Assembly (NCBI GenBank): GCA_036556325.1
Contig: DATBJR010000048.1
Span: forward strand, 299-64,298
DNA: 64,000 bases
Source of the DNA: Candidatus Limnocylindria bacterium
Lineage (GTDB): Bacteria; Chloroflexota; Limnocylindria; QHBO01
Direction of reading: 5' to 3'
In this document: one piece after another, positions 18,284-27,425 of the stretch
How the letters are laid out: each line of letters opens with the position of its first letter
Position numbering within the stretch: position 1 is the stretch's first letter
The notes under the pieces: generated by a model
Databases searched by the model: none
What the model was told of the DNA's origin: nothing
What the model saw: the letters and a program-made list of their open reading frames with translations, nothing else
Translations under genes and position numbers: made by a program

Positions 18284-19066
18284 ATGGACAGCCAGACCGA
18301 GCGCCGCGCGCTCACGGTGGGAGCCGCCGCGCGCCTCGCCGGCGTGACGGTGCGGACGCTGCACCACTACGACGAGATCGGGCTGCTGACGCCCAGCGGC
18401 CGATCCGATGCCGGCTACCGCCGGTACGCCGAGGCCGATCTGGAGCGGCTGCAGCGGATCCTGTTCTACCGCGAGCTCGGGTTCGGTCTGGACGAGATCA
18501 AGGAGGTCATCACCGATGGCGGCACGGACGCATCGGCTCACCTCCGGCGCCAGCACGGGATGCTGCGCGACCGGATTCGACGGCTGGAGCGGATGGTGGC
18601 CGCGGTCGAGAAGGCACTGGAGGCACACACCATGGGAATCAACCTGACGCCGGAGGAGCGCTTCGAGGTCTTCGGCGACTTCGACCCCGACGCCTACAAG
18701 CTCGAGGTCGAGGAGCGCTGGGGCGAGACGGACGCCTACCGCGAGTCCGCCCGTCGGACGCGCGGCTACACCAAGGCTGACTGGCAGCGGATCAAGGCCG
18801 AGGGGCAGGCGGCGGTCGAGAAGGTCGTCGGCGCCATGCGGGCCGGCAAGCCGGCAGCCTCGGAGGAGGCCATGGAGGGGGCAGAGCTGCATCGGCTTCA
18901 GATCGACCGCAACTTCTATCCCTGCTCGTACGAGATGCAGGTCGGGTTGGCCGAGATGTACCTGGCCGATCCGCGCTTCACCGCCACGTACGAGACGATC
19001 GCACCGGGCCTGGCGCAGTACCTGCACGACGCGATCAAGGCCAACGCCGCGCGGCACGCGGGCTGA
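18284..19066 (+). CDS. MerR-family regulator with TipAS-like C-terminal antibiotic/ligand-binding domain
   Basis: LTVGAAARLAGVTVRTLHHYDEIGLL is a MerR HTH. The C-terminal domain reads FGDFDPDAYKLEVEERWGETDAY...YLADPRFTATYE, which is TipAS-like. ATG 18284 sits 7 nt after a TATGGT -10 box. Track start 18272 is the alternative. Confidence 0.9.
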   Translation: MDSQTERRALTVGAAARLAGVTVRTLHHYDEIGLLTPSGRSDAGYRRYAEADLERLQRILFYRELGFGLDEIKEVITDGGTDASAHLRRQHGMLRDRIRRLERMVAAVEKALEAHTMGINLTPEERFEVFGDFDPDAYKLEVEERWGETDAYRESARRTRGYTKADWQRIKAEGQAAVEKVVGAMRAGKPAASEEAMEGAELHRLQIDRNFYPCSYEMQVGLAEMYLADPRFTATYETIAPGLAQYLHDAIKANAARHAG

Positions 19067-19089
19067 CGGCCGCAACGTCTCCGGCGAAG

Positions 19090-19125
19090 CCGATGCGCCG
19101 CGCCCCGAACGGGCCGGCGCATCGG
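19090..19125 (+). terminator. Hairpin terminator after the MerR/TipA-like gene
   Basis: An 11-bp stem (CCGATGCGCCG / CGGCGCATCGG), a 1-nt bulge and a further 4-bp stem (GCCC/GGGC), with a 5-nt loop. TGTAT follows. Confidence 0.6.
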
Positions 19126-19179
19126 TGTATCCTCAGGTCGCGGCATTCAACGCCAGCCGCCAGCCGGAGATTTCGTTGC

Positions 19180-19425
19180 ATGACCTACGTCATCGTTGAG
19201 CCGTGCATCGGCGTCAAGGACGCATCCTGCGTGGACGTCTGCCCCGTCGATTGCATCCACGCCACGGACGAGGACCCGATGTACTACATCGATCCCGATG
19301 AGTGCATCGACTGCGGTGCCTGCGAGCCCGAGTGCCCGGTGACCGCCATCTTCGCCGAGGACGCCGTTCCCGAGCAGTGGACGAACTTCATCCAGATCAA
19401 CGCCGACTACTTCGCGAACAAGTAA
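19180..19425 (+). CDS. Ferredoxin (actinobacterial FdxA-like, [3Fe-4S][4Fe-4S] type)
   Basis: MTYVIVEPCIGVKDASCVDVCPVDCIH...CIDCGACEPECPVTAIF. GGAG lies 11 nt upstream of ATG 19180. Confidence 0.92.
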   Translation: MTYVIVEPCIGVKDASCVDVCPVDCIHATDEDPMYYIDPDECIDCGACEPECPVTAIFAEDAVPEQWTNFIQINADYFANK

Positions 19426-19435
19426 CGTTCGAGTC

Positions 19436-19753
19436 GTGGCCGCCCGCCTGATCGTGCTCTACCGCCAGCCGGAGGATGCGGCGGCGTTCGATGCCCACTA
19501 CCGCGACGTCCATACCCCCATCGTTCGCCAGTACCCCGGTCTGCGCGATCTGCGGCTGACGAGGGCCGATGGCGTGGCCGGCCGCGCGCCGGACTACTAC
19601 CTGGTCGCCGAGATGACGTTCGATTCCCGGGCCGACCTGGATGCGGCCCTCGTTTCCGAGGCGGGGCGCGAGAGCGGCCGTGACCTGCGCAGCTTCGCAG
19701 CGGCCGGCGCCACGCTGCTGATCGTCGACGATGGGAGGAGCTTCGATGCCTGA
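19436..19753 (+). CDS. EthD-domain protein
   Basis: 105 aa. LIVLYRQPEDAAAFDAHYRDVHTPIV is an EthD/dimeric alpha-beta barrel pattern. GTG start. Confidence 0.8.
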   Translation: MAARLIVLYRQPEDAAAFDAHYRDVHTPIVRQYPGLRDLRLTRADGVAGRAPDYYLVAEMTFDSRADLDAALVSEAGRESGRDLRSFAAAGATLLIVDDGRSFDA

Positions 19754-20705
19754 GCCTGCAGCGCCGACCCCAGCCGATCCTGCATCGCTCGGTCTCCAGC
19801 GCGTCCGCTACACCAAGGACGTCTCGACGGGAGTGGCGACCGTCGCGATCGACCGCCAGGAGGTGCTGAACGCCTTCGACTTCGGGACGCTGCGCGAGCT
19901 GGCGAGGGCCTTCGAAGACGCGTCGTGGGACGACGCGGTGGCCGTGGTGGTCGTCACGGGCGCCGGCGACCGGGCGTTCTGCACCGGCGCGGACCTGGAC
20001 GAGCAGGCGACCTTCGGCGCGACCAGCGGGCAGTACTGGCGCTGGATGGGCGCTTTCATCGACATGCACGATCGGTTGCGGCACATCGGCAAGCCGACGA
20101 TCGCCCGCATCAACGGTGTCTGCGTCGGCGGCGGGCAGGAGCTGCAGCTGGCCTGCGACCTCTCGGTCATGGTCGACGACACCTACATTCGCCACGTCGG
20201 CCCGGAGCATGGTTCCGTGCCGGCCGGCGGCGCGACCCAGTGGCTGCCGCTGGTGGTCGGGGACCGCCGGGCGCGGGAGATCGTGATGCTGTGCGAGCAG
20301 ATCAGCCCGCAGCAGGCGCTCGACTGGGGCCTCGTCAGCCGGGTCGTGCCGCGCGAGGCATTGGATGCGACGGTTGCGGAGCTGGCCGATAGCCTGCGCC
20401 GGAAGCTGCCCGAGACGATCCGCTACACCAAGGCGCAGCTCAACTGGTGGCGCGACCTGGTCTGGTCGCAGACGATCACCCACGCCCGCGACTGGCTGGC
20501 GATCCACTCCGGCTCCGACGAGACGCGCGAGGCGGTGGCTGCCTTCCACGCCAAGCGCGACCCGGATTACCTCACGCTGCGGCGGACCGCGGTGGAAGGC
20601 GGGGTCACCTGCCCGACCTGCGGTGAGACCGGACTGCCGGCCTGGTCGAAGTTCTGCGCCGGCTGTGGTGCGGCGATCACCGCCCTCCAGGAGGGCGTGC
20701 CGTGA
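19746..20705 (+). CDS. MenB/BadI-like crotonase-fold enzyme fused to a C-terminal zinc ribbon
   Basis: A GGGAGGAG RBS lies 5 nt upstream of ATG 19746, and the start overlaps the EthD stop by 8 nt. The crotonase core reads VVTGAGDRAFCTGADL...INGVCVGGGQELQLACDL. The C-terminus reads VTCPTCGETGLPAWSKFCAGCGAAI. Confidence 0.88.
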   Translation: MPEPAAPTPADPASLGLQRVRYTKDVSTGVATVAIDRQEVLNAFDFGTLRELARAFEDASWDDAVAVVVVTGAGDRAFCTGADLDEQATFGATSGQYWRWMGAFIDMHDRLRHIGKPTIARINGVCVGGGQELQLACDLSVMVDDTYIRHVGPEHGSVPAGGATQWLPLVVGDRRAREIVMLCEQISPQQALDWGLVSRVVPREALDATVAELADSLRRKLPETIRYTKAQLNWWRDLVWSQTITHARDWLAIHSGSDETREAVAAFHAKRDPDYLTLRRTAVEGGVTCPTCGETGLPAWSKFCAGCGAAITALQEGVP

Positions 20706-20866
20706 GCGCGGTACGGGCCTGGGAATCGTCAGATGCCACTCTGGATGACGTTGGCCGCTCGAGCGCCCACCACCCGGTCCAGGCATCTCAGAACAGGTGC
20801 GCAAAGCTCCCGCCGTGTCGTCGACGGCCCACCTCGCCGGCCGCGTAACGCCAACCGAGTTGTCAT

Positions 20867-21673
20867 ATGACGAAACAAGGCGCCGCTGACGCCCCCTCCG
20901 AGCCGCTGGTGCTCGTCGAGCGGCAGCCGGAGCAGCGCACGGCCCTGGTCCGCCTCAATCGGCCGAAGCAGCTCAACGCGCTGAACGCCCAAGTCATGGA
21001 CGCGCTGTGCGACGCGCTGGAAGGCCTCGACCGTGACGACGACGTGCGCGCGATCGTGGTGACTGGCAACGAGCGGGCATTCGCCGCGGGCGCGGACATC
21101 GGCGAGATGGCAAACGCCACGCCCATGGAGATGCTGGCCTCGAACCGCATCGGCCAGTGGGATCGCGTGCGCAGCATCCGCAAGCCGGTGATCGCCGCGG
21201 TCAACGGCTGGTGCCTGGGCGGCGGCTGCGAGCTGGCGATGACGCTGGACCTGATCGTCGCTGGTGAGGGCGCAAGGTTCGGCCAGCCGGAGATCAACAT
21301 CGGTGTCATCCCCGGCGCCGGCGGCACGCAGCGACTGACACGGGCGATCGGCAAGAGCCGAGCGATGGAGATGATCCTGACCGGCGAGCCGATGAGCGCC
21401 AAGGAAGCCCTTGCCCGCGGCCTGGTGGCGCGGGTGGTGCCCGACGAGCTGCTCGAGGAGGATGCGCTGGCCCTGGCCGCGCAGGTCGCGACCAGGTCGC
21501 CGGTGGCGCTGCGGCTGGCCAAGGAGGCCGTCAACGCGGCGTACGAGATGAACCTGACCGAGGCGCTGGCCCACGAGCGCCGCCTCTTCTACCTCCTCTT
21601 CGCGTCCGAGGACCAGAAGGAGGGGATGGCGGCCTTCATGGAGAAGCGAACGCCCAACTTCAAGGGCCGATGA
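20867..21673 (+). CDS. Enoyl-CoA hydratase (short-chain crotonase)
   Basis: VVTGNERAFAAGADI, AAVNGWCLGGGCELAM and FGQPEINIGVIPGAGGTQRL motifs. Confidence 0.95.
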   Translation: MTKQGAADAPSEPLVLVERQPEQRTALVRLNRPKQLNALNAQVMDALCDALEGLDRDDDVRAIVVTGNERAFAAGADIGEMANATPMEMLASNRIGQWDRVRSIRKPVIAAVNGWCLGGGCELAMTLDLIVAGEGARFGQPEINIGVIPGAGGTQRLTRAIGKSRAMEMILTGEPMSAKEALARGLVARVVPDELLEEDALALAAQVATRSPVALRLAKEAVNAAYEMNLTEALAHERRLFYLLFASEDQKEGMAAFMEKRTPNFKGR

Positions 21674-22647
21674 GCCTGGGCAACCCCGAGCGGCCGGTCG
21701 GCGGCCTGGCGGTGCGCCCGCCGGCAGGGGTGGAGCTGCGGCCGGTGGGTCGAGCGGACCTGGCCGATGCCGTGCGCCTCGCCCGTGCGCAGCGCGGCCT
21801 GCCCGGGACGGCTGACCCTGCGGCGCTGAGCGGGCGGTTCGATGCGTTGCTCGATTCGGTCGACGTCGTGCCCTTCCTGGCCGTGGACGGTCCCGACGCA
21901 ATCGGCCTGGGCATCCTCCATTTCCGGCGGCGGCTGAATTTCGCGCCTTTCGAGGGGGCGATCTCGGAGCTGTTCGTGGTGGAAGGGGAGCGTGGTCGCG
22001 GCGTGGGACGAGCGCTGCTCCAGGCGCTCATCGCCGAGTGGCGGCTGCGCGGCAGCCATCGGCTCCAGGCCAAAGTCCCTGACGGCGCGACCGCCGCCGC
22101 CGAGCTGTTCCGGGCGGCTGGCCTGCGCGACTGGATGCTCGACTTCCAGCTGCGTCCCGTGGAGGCCCCGCCCAGCGACCCGGTGGCCGGTCTGGGCATG
22201 CGGCCGGCCGCGGCAGAGGATTTCCATGCCGTGACGGCGCTGATCGGCCAGTTCGGCGCGGCCCGCACGCCAGCTGCCGACCGCACCGACGCGGTGCGCC
22301 GCACCTACGCCGCCCACCTCGCCGACATCGCAGCGGGGCGCGGCCTATGCACCGTCGCAGAGACCGATGAAGCGGTCGTTGGCGTCTGCGCCGTGGCATG
22401 GCAGCGCCCATTCTGGACGGACGAGGTCCATGCCTGGCTGCCCGACCTCATGGTGGACGAGGCGCACCGGGGCCGCGGGATCGGCCGCGCGCTGCTGGCG
22501 GACACCATCGCTCGGGCGGAGGGCATGGGGGCCGCGCAGCTCAGCCTGGAATCTGGGCCGGCGCGCGAAGCGGCGCACGGGCTGTATCGGTCCATGGGCT
22601 TCACCGAGCCCGGGCATTCCTGGGTCCTGCGCAGCGACTCGACGTGA
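21670..22647 (+). CDS. Tandem GNAT N-acetyltransferase (two GNAT domains)
   Basis: ATGA overlap with the upstream gene. There are two acetyl-CoA motifs: VVEGERGRGVGRALLQALI and VDEAHRGRGIGRALLADTI. Confidence 0.8.
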   Translation: MSLGNPERPVGGLAVRPPAGVELRPVGRADLADAVRLARAQRGLPGTADPAALSGRFDALLDSVDVVPFLAVDGPDAIGLGILHFRRRLNFAPFEGAISELFVVEGERGRGVGRALLQALIAEWRLRGSHRLQAKVPDGATAAAELFRAAGLRDWMLDFQLRPVEAPPSDPVAGLGMRPAAAEDFHAVTALIGQFGAARTPAADRTDAVRRTYAAHLADIAAGRGLCTVAETDEAVVGVCAVAWQRPFWTDEVHAWLPDLMVDEAHRGRGIGRALLADTIARAEGMGAAQLSLESGPAREAAHGLYRSMGFTEPGHSWVLRSDST

Positions 22648-23225
22648 GCGATTACCTGCGCCGGCTGCCGATCGGGCAGCGCGTCTCGACCGCGCCGCTC
22701 ACCAGGGACGAGCTCTGGCCGTTCGACGCGGACCTGGAGACGGTGCCGCTGGCGGAGCCACAACTCCCCGAACCTGCTCGTGCCGGCGCGAACGGGGCCG
22801 ACTGCCCCGTCTGCGCGCCGTCCCCGGCGTGGGAGGTGTGGCGCGACGACTCGTGGGTGCTGCGGATCCCGCCAGAGCCGTCCGGCCTGCCGATCATCGC
22901 GGTGCTCCAGCCGCTGGCGCACCACGACCTGGAGGCGATGCCTGCCGACCTCGTGGCCAACCTGGGGCCGATGATCCAGCGCGTGGCTCGCGCCATCGCC
23001 GCGCTCGACGACGTCGGGCGCGTGCACGTCAACCGCTGGGGCGACGGCAGCGAGCACTTCCACGTCTGGTTCCTGGCGCGTCCGCGCGGAATGCTGCAGC
23101 TGCGAGGAGCGCTGCTGGCGGCCTGGGACGACCTGCTGCCGAAGGTCCCGCAGGACGAGTGGGACGCGAACCGGGCCGCCGTGGTCGCCAACCTGGCGGC
23201 TGGCGGCGGCGAGGTGTGGCGATAG
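22644..23225 (+). CDS. HIT-superfamily-like nucleotide hydrolase/transferase (variant histidine triad)
   Basis: GTGA overlap with the GNAT gene. It has an N-terminal CPVC knuckle and GSEHFHVWFLARP, i.e. HxHxW in place of HxHxH/Q. Confidence 0.7.
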   Translation: MSDYLRRLPIGQRVSTAPLTRDELWPFDADLETVPLAEPQLPEPARAGANGADCPVCAPSPAWEVWRDDSWVLRIPPEPSGLPIIAVLQPLAHHDLEAMPADLVANLGPMIQRVARAIAALDDVGRVHVNRWGDGSEHFHVWFLARPRGMLQLRGALLAAWDDLLPKVPQDEWDANRAAVVANLAAGGGEVWR

Positions 23226-24508
23226 CTCGGCGGCCGGTCCCTCGCCGTCAGGCCCTGGCTGCAGGTCCTGGTCAGAGCCTCTGGCGCGATGGACAGTTCC
23301 GGACCTTCTGGTCCGCGCAGACCGTGTCCGAGCTCGGCGACCGGGTCACCGAACTGGCCCTGCCGCTCATTGCCGTCACGCTGCTCGAAGCGACCCCGGC
23401 CGAGGTCGGGCTGTTGACCGCCGCCGTCTGGCTGCCAAACATCGCCTCACTCTTCATTGGCGCCTGGGTCGACCAGCGTCGCAGCAAGCGCGGCCTGATG
23501 ATCGCCGCCGACCTTGCCAGGTTGCTCATCCTGGTCTCCCTGCCGGCGGCCTCCTGGCTCGGGTTGCTCACCCTCGGCCAGCTGTATGTGATCGCCATCC
23601 TGGCCGGCACGGCGCACGTCCTGTTCAACACCGCGTACGCCTCGTTCTTCGTGCGGCTCGTCGCCCGCGAACAGTTCCTGGACGCGAGCAGCAAGCTCTC
23701 GGCCACGCGCTCCATCTCGTTCATGGTCGGTCCGGCCGCAGGCGGCGTGCTGATCCAGTGGCTCAGCGCGCCGGTAGCAGTCCTGGCCGACGCGCTCTCC
23801 TTCGCGTTCTCCGCGATCCAGCTCAGCCGGCTGCGGACGCCGAGTCTCGAGCCGGAGCCGGCGACCGAGGCGCTGCTGCGTCGTGCGTGGGCCGGCATGC
23901 GATACGTGCTGCGCCATCCATATCTGCGCGCCAGCCTGGGATCGGCGACGACGGTGAACTTCTTCAACTTCATCGGCTCGGCGCTGCTGATCCTGTTCGC
24001 CAGCCGCGAGTTGGGACTGTCGGCCGGCAACATCGGCCTGGCCATGGGCATCGGTGCGTCGGGTGGGTTGCTCGGGGCTGCCGCCGCCACGCCCCTCACG
24101 CGGATCATCGGTGCCGGCCGGTTGATCGCGATGGGGGCGGTGGTGTTCCCCGGGGCGATCGCCATTGCGGCTGCGGCGGGCGGACCGATCTGGCTGCGAG
24201 CCGCGACGCTGGCGGCCGCCGAGTTCGTCGGCGCCTTTGCAGTCATGTGCTTCGACGTGCCGCTGAATGCCCTGCAGGCGTCCGTGACGGACGAGGGGAT
24301 GCGCAGCCGTGTGTCCGGCGCCTTCAGCACCATCAACTACGGGATTCGGCCGTTGGGCGCGGTGGTGGGCGGGCTCCTGGGAACGTGGGTTGGCGTGCGC
24401 GAGACCCTGCTCATCTCGGCCCTCGGCGGGCTCATCGCCGTGATCTGGCTGATTCGCTCGCCGATCATTCACGTCCGGGAGCTCGGAGGCCTCGAGCCGC
24501 CCCGGTAG
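23216..24508 (+). CDS. MFS transporter (EntS/MFS_3-like)
   Basis: SLWRDGQFRTFWSAQTVSELGDRV, followed by 12 predicted TM helices. The start is uncertain: GTG 23216 overlaps the HIT gene's end by 10 nt. Track start 22367 is an antisense or out-of-frame artefact. Confidence 0.85.
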   Translation: MAIARRPVPRRQALAAGPGQSLWRDGQFRTFWSAQTVSELGDRVTELALPLIAVTLLEATPAEVGLLTAAVWLPNIASLFIGAWVDQRRSKRGLMIAADLARLLILVSLPAASWLGLLTLGQLYVIAILAGTAHVLFNTAYASFFVRLVAREQFLDASSKLSATRSISFMVGPAAGGVLIQWLSAPVAVLADALSFAFSAIQLSRLRTPSLEPEPATEALLRRAWAGMRYVLRHPYLRASLGSATTVNFFNFIGSALLILFASRELGLSAGNIGLAMGIGASGGLLGAAAATPLTRIIGAGRLIAMGAVVFPGAIAIAAAAGGPIWLRAATLAAAEFVGAFAVMCFDVPLNALQASVTDEGMRSRVSGAFSTINYGIRPLGAVVGGLLGTWVGVRETLLISALGGLIAVIWLIRSPIIHVRELGGLEPPR

Positions 24509-24511
24509 AAT
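24506..24511 (+). promoter_or_regulatory. -10-like TAGAAT, 7 nt before ATG 24519
   Basis: The hexamer overlaps the MFS stop codon TAG. There is no SD. Confidence 0.45.
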
Positions 24512-24518
24512 CCTGCGC

Positions 24519-25304
24519 ATGCCCGACGCCACGAACGAGACCGTCCGCGTGGGCCTCGCCGACGGCGTGGCCACGGTGACGCTGAACCGCCCGGAGGTCC
24601 TCAATGCCCTCAACGTCGCGATGCGGCGTGAGCTGCTGGCGGCCTTCAAGGGCTTTGCCCGCGACGACGCGGTCCGTGCCGTGATCCTCACCGGCGAGGG
24701 GCGAGGCTTCTGCTCGGGCGCCGACCTGCGCGGCGGTGCCGCCGAACGCGACTTCCGGAGAATTCTGGAACGGGAATACAACCCGCTGGTCCGCGCGATA
24801 CGCGACCTGCCGAAGCCGGTGCTGGCCGCGGTCAACGGCGTCGCGGCCGGCGCGGGAGCGAGCCTGGCGCTGGCCTGTGACCTGATCTACGCCGCGGAGG
24901 AGGCACGCTTCATCCAGGCCTTCGTGCGCATCGGCCTGGTGCCCGATTCCGGATCCACCCGGACCCTCGTTCGGGCGCTCGGCCGGCATCGGGCCAGCCA
25001 GCTGATCTTCAGCGGCGAGCCGCTCACCGCGGCCGAGGCGCAGTCCGCCGGCCTCGTCACCGCCGTCGTTCCCGCGGCCGGGCTGCTGGCCATCGTGCAG
25101 CAGGCGGCCGTGGCGCTGGCCGCCGCCCCGACGCGCGCTATCGGCCTGGCCAAGCGCTCGATCAACGCCGCCGAGGACGCGTCGCTGGAGGAGAGCCTGG
25201 GCCTCGAGGCGCAGCTGCAGGAGCTGGCGGGGCGGTCCCAGGACCACGCAGAGGGCGTCGCCGCCTTCACCGAGAAGCGGGAGCCGCGCTTCGTTGGCCG
25301 CTGA
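24519..25304 (+). CDS. Enoyl-CoA hydratase/isomerase (PaaG-like)
   Basis: [14 protein letters not shown] and [20 protein letters not shown] motifs. ATG lies 7 nt after a TAGAAT box. Confidence 0.93.
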   Translation: MPDATNETVRVGLADGVATVTLNRPEVLNALNVAMRRELLAAFKGFARDDAVRAVILTGEGRGFCSGADLRGGAAERDFRRILEREYNPLVRAIRDLPKPVLAAVNGVAAGAGASLALACDLIYAAEEARFIQAFVRIGLVPDSGSTRTLVRALGRHRASQLIFSGEPLTAAEAQSAGLVTAVVPAAGLLAIVQQAAVALAAAPTRAIGLAKRSINAAEDASLEESLGLEAQLQELAGRSQDHAEGVAAFTEKREPRFVGR

Positions 25305-26529
25305 GGACGCGCCGGAGGGCGCTGGCGGCGTCCGGCGAGTTGGCGTGCTCGGCGCCGGGACGATGGGCGCGGGTATCGCGCAGGTGGCGGCCGAGGCCGG
25401 CCTGGACGTCCTGCTCCACGACCCGATTCCCGGCGCCGTGGAGAAGGCCCGCGACCGGATCGCGAAGCTGCTCGACCGCAAAGTGGAGAAAGGGCATCTG
25501 ACGGTCGAAGACCGCGACGCGGCGCTGGGCCGCGTGCGCCCGGAGCCCACGCTCGAGGGCGTAGCCGCCGCGGAGCTGGTGATCGAGGCGATCCCCGAGG
25601 ACCTGGCCCTGAAGCGAGACGCGTTTCGCCTGCTGGACGCCGCTGCGCCGGACGCCACGCTGCTGGCCACCAATACCAGCAGCCTCTCGGTGGCGGCCAT
25701 CGCCGCGGCCACGCAGCACCCGCAGCGGGTGCTGGGCCTGCACTTCTTCAATCCGGTGGCGCTCATGGCCCTGGTCGAGGTCATCGCGGGACCGATGACT
25801 GACGGCGCGGCGGTGACGCGTGCCAAGGAGCTCGCCCGGCTGCTGGGCAAGACGCCAGTGGTCGCCGCCGACACGCCCGGCTTCATCGTCAACCGCGTGG
25901 CGCGGCCGTTCTACCTGGAGGCGCTGCGGATCGTGGGCGAAGGCTCGGCCGGCGTCGCCGAGGTGGACGCGGCGCTGCGCGGCATCGGCTTCCGGATGGG
26001 GCCCTTCGAGCTGGTCGACGCCATCGGCATCGACGTCAACTACGCCGTCAGCCGCAGCGTGTACGACCAGTTCTTCGGCGACCCGCGCTACCGTCCGCAT
26101 CCGCTCCAGCGCCGGCTGGTCGAGGCCGGGCGCCTGGGTCGCAAGTCCGGCGGGGGGTTCTACGACTACGGGGCCGATGGGTCCCGCGGCCAGGTGTGGA
26201 CCGGCGTCGCGCGGCGGGCTGCCGGCCCCGTGCGGCCACGGCTCAGCGAGGAAGGGATCGGGGCGCGGGTGCTGGCCACCATCGTCAACGAGGCCGCGTC
26301 AGCGGTGGAGGAGGGCGTGGCGACGCCGGAGGCCATCGACACCGCCATGCGGCTTGGCACGAACTACCCGTCCGGACCGCTGGAGTGGGGCGAGCGCATT
26401 GGCCTGGCTCACGTGGTCCACACCCTGGACGCGCTGCACGACGCCGTCCCCGATGGCCGGTATCGCGTCATCCCGCTGCTGCGCCAGGTGGCAGAGCAGG
26501 CCGGCAGCTTCTTCGACTCCCAATCGTGA
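25294..26529 (+). CDS. 3-hydroxyacyl-CoA dehydrogenase (PaaH-like, extra C-terminal dimerisation repeat)
   Basis: [16 protein letters not shown] is a Rossmann motif, and NTSSLSV and HFFNPV are present. The C-terminal repeat of the 3HCDH_C domain reads [17 protein letters not shown]...[12 protein letters not shown] start 25294 is tentative. Confidence 0.92.
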   Translation: MAAEDAPEGAGGVRRVGVLGAGTMGAGIAQVAAEAGLDVLLHDPIPGAVEKARDRIAKLLDRKVEKGHLTVEDRDAALGRVRPEPTLEGVAAAELVIEAIPEDLALKRDAFRLLDAAAPDATLLATNTSSLSVAAIAAATQHPQRVLGLHFFNPVALMALVEVIAGPMTDGAAVTRAKELARLLGKTPVVAADTPGFIVNRVARPFYLEALRIVGEGSAGVAEVDAALRGIGFRMGPFELVDAIGIDVNYAVSRSVYDQFFGDPRYRPHPLQRRLVEAGRLGRKSGGGFYDYGADGSRGQVWTGVARRAAGPVRPRLSEEGIGARVLATIVNEAASAVEEGVATPEAIDTAMRLGTNYPSGPLEWGERIGLAHVVHTLDALHDAVPDGRYRVIPLLRQVAEQAGSFFDSQS

Positions 26530-27188
26530 CGGCGACCGCGGCGGAGCTCCTGCCGGACCGCTTCCGGGCGGTGGTGTTCGACATGGACGGGCTGCTGCTG
26601 GAGACGGAGCTGCTGTGGCACCACGCCGAGACCGAGCTCTTTGCCAGACACGGGGCCGAGTTCACCTGGGACGACAAGATGGCGGTCATCGGCTCCAGCT
26701 TCGACTTCACCGCCGACTACTTCGCCGACCGGCTCGGGGTCCCCCGCGAGCAGGGACCGGCGCTAGTGGACGAGATGATCAAGCTGATGGACGCCCAACT
26801 GCGCGAGCAGGTCGAGGGGCGTCCCGGCGCGGTGGAGCTGGTCGAGCGACTGCGTGGGCGGACTCGGCTGGGCCTCGCCTCGAATTCGCCGCGGCACCTG
26901 GTCGACACCGCCCTGGCCACCGCGCACATCAGCGACGCCTTTGACGCCGTGGTCACCTCCGACGACGTCGCCGCGTCCAAGCCGGCGCCGGACCTCTACC
27001 TGCTCGCCTGCGAACGCCTGGGCGTGCCCCCGGCCGATGCCCTGGCGCTGGAGGATTCGGCCAGTGGCATCACCGCCGCCAAGGCGGCGGGCCTGACCTG
27101 CATCGCCGTCCCGCAGTTCGCCGAAACCGATGTGTCCGCGGCCGACCGCGTCATCGACTCGCTGGAAGACCTGCTGGCCGAGACCTAG
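26526..27188 (+). CDS. HAD-superfamily hydrolase (subfamily IA, beta-phosphoglucomutase-like)
   Basis: GTGA overlap with the upstream gene. [13 protein letters not shown] is the DxDG motif, and SNSPR and [14 protein letters not shown] are present. Confidence 0.9.
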   Translation: MTATAAELLPDRFRAVVFDMDGLLLETELLWHHAETELFARHGAEFTWDDKMAVIGSSFDFTADYFADRLGVPREQGPALVDEMIKLMDAQLREQVEGRPGAVELVERLRGRTRLGLASNSPRHLVDTALATAHISDAFDAVVTSDDVAASKPAPDLYLLACERLGVPPADALALEDSASGITAAKAAGLTCIAVPQFAETDVSAADRVIDSLEDLLAET

Positions 27189-27191
27189 ACT
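27186..27191 (+). promoter_or_regulatory. -10-like TAGACT, 6 nt before ATG 27198
   Basis: The hexamer overlaps the HAD stop codon TAG. There is no SD. Confidence 0.4.
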
Positions 27192-27197
27192 GCGCTC

Positions 27198-27419
27198 ATG
27201 TGTCGCAGCATCAAGACCCTCCGCACGCTCGACGTGCCCGCCACCGACGACGAGGTTCACGCCGCCGCCCTGCAGTTCGTGCGCAAGGTGAGCGGCTACC
27301 GCAAGCCTTCACCCGCCAACGAGGCCGCCTTCAACGCCGCGGTCGAAGAGATCGCCCACGCCTCTCGTCACCTGCTGGAGGCCGTGACCGCCACCCATCC
27401 GGCACGTCGCGCCAGCTAG
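27198..27419 (+). CDS. DUF2277-family small protein
   Basis: MCRSIKTLRTLDVPATDDEVHAAALQFVRKVSGYRKPSPANEAAFNAAV matches my memory of the DUF2277 N-terminal consensus. ATG lies 6 nt after TAGACT. Confidence 0.85.
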   Translation: MCRSIKTLRTLDVPATDDEVHAAALQFVRKVSGYRKPSPANEAAFNAAVEEIAHASRHLLEAVTATHPARRAS

Positions 27420-27425
27420 CCGGCG

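Noticed and set aside
22367-23215. N-terminal 283 aa of the 713-aa ORF preceding the MFS transporter
   Set aside because: This part overlaps the GNAT and HIT-like genes out of frame and is Arg/Ala/Gly-rich. Only the part from about 23216 onward looks like an MFS protein.
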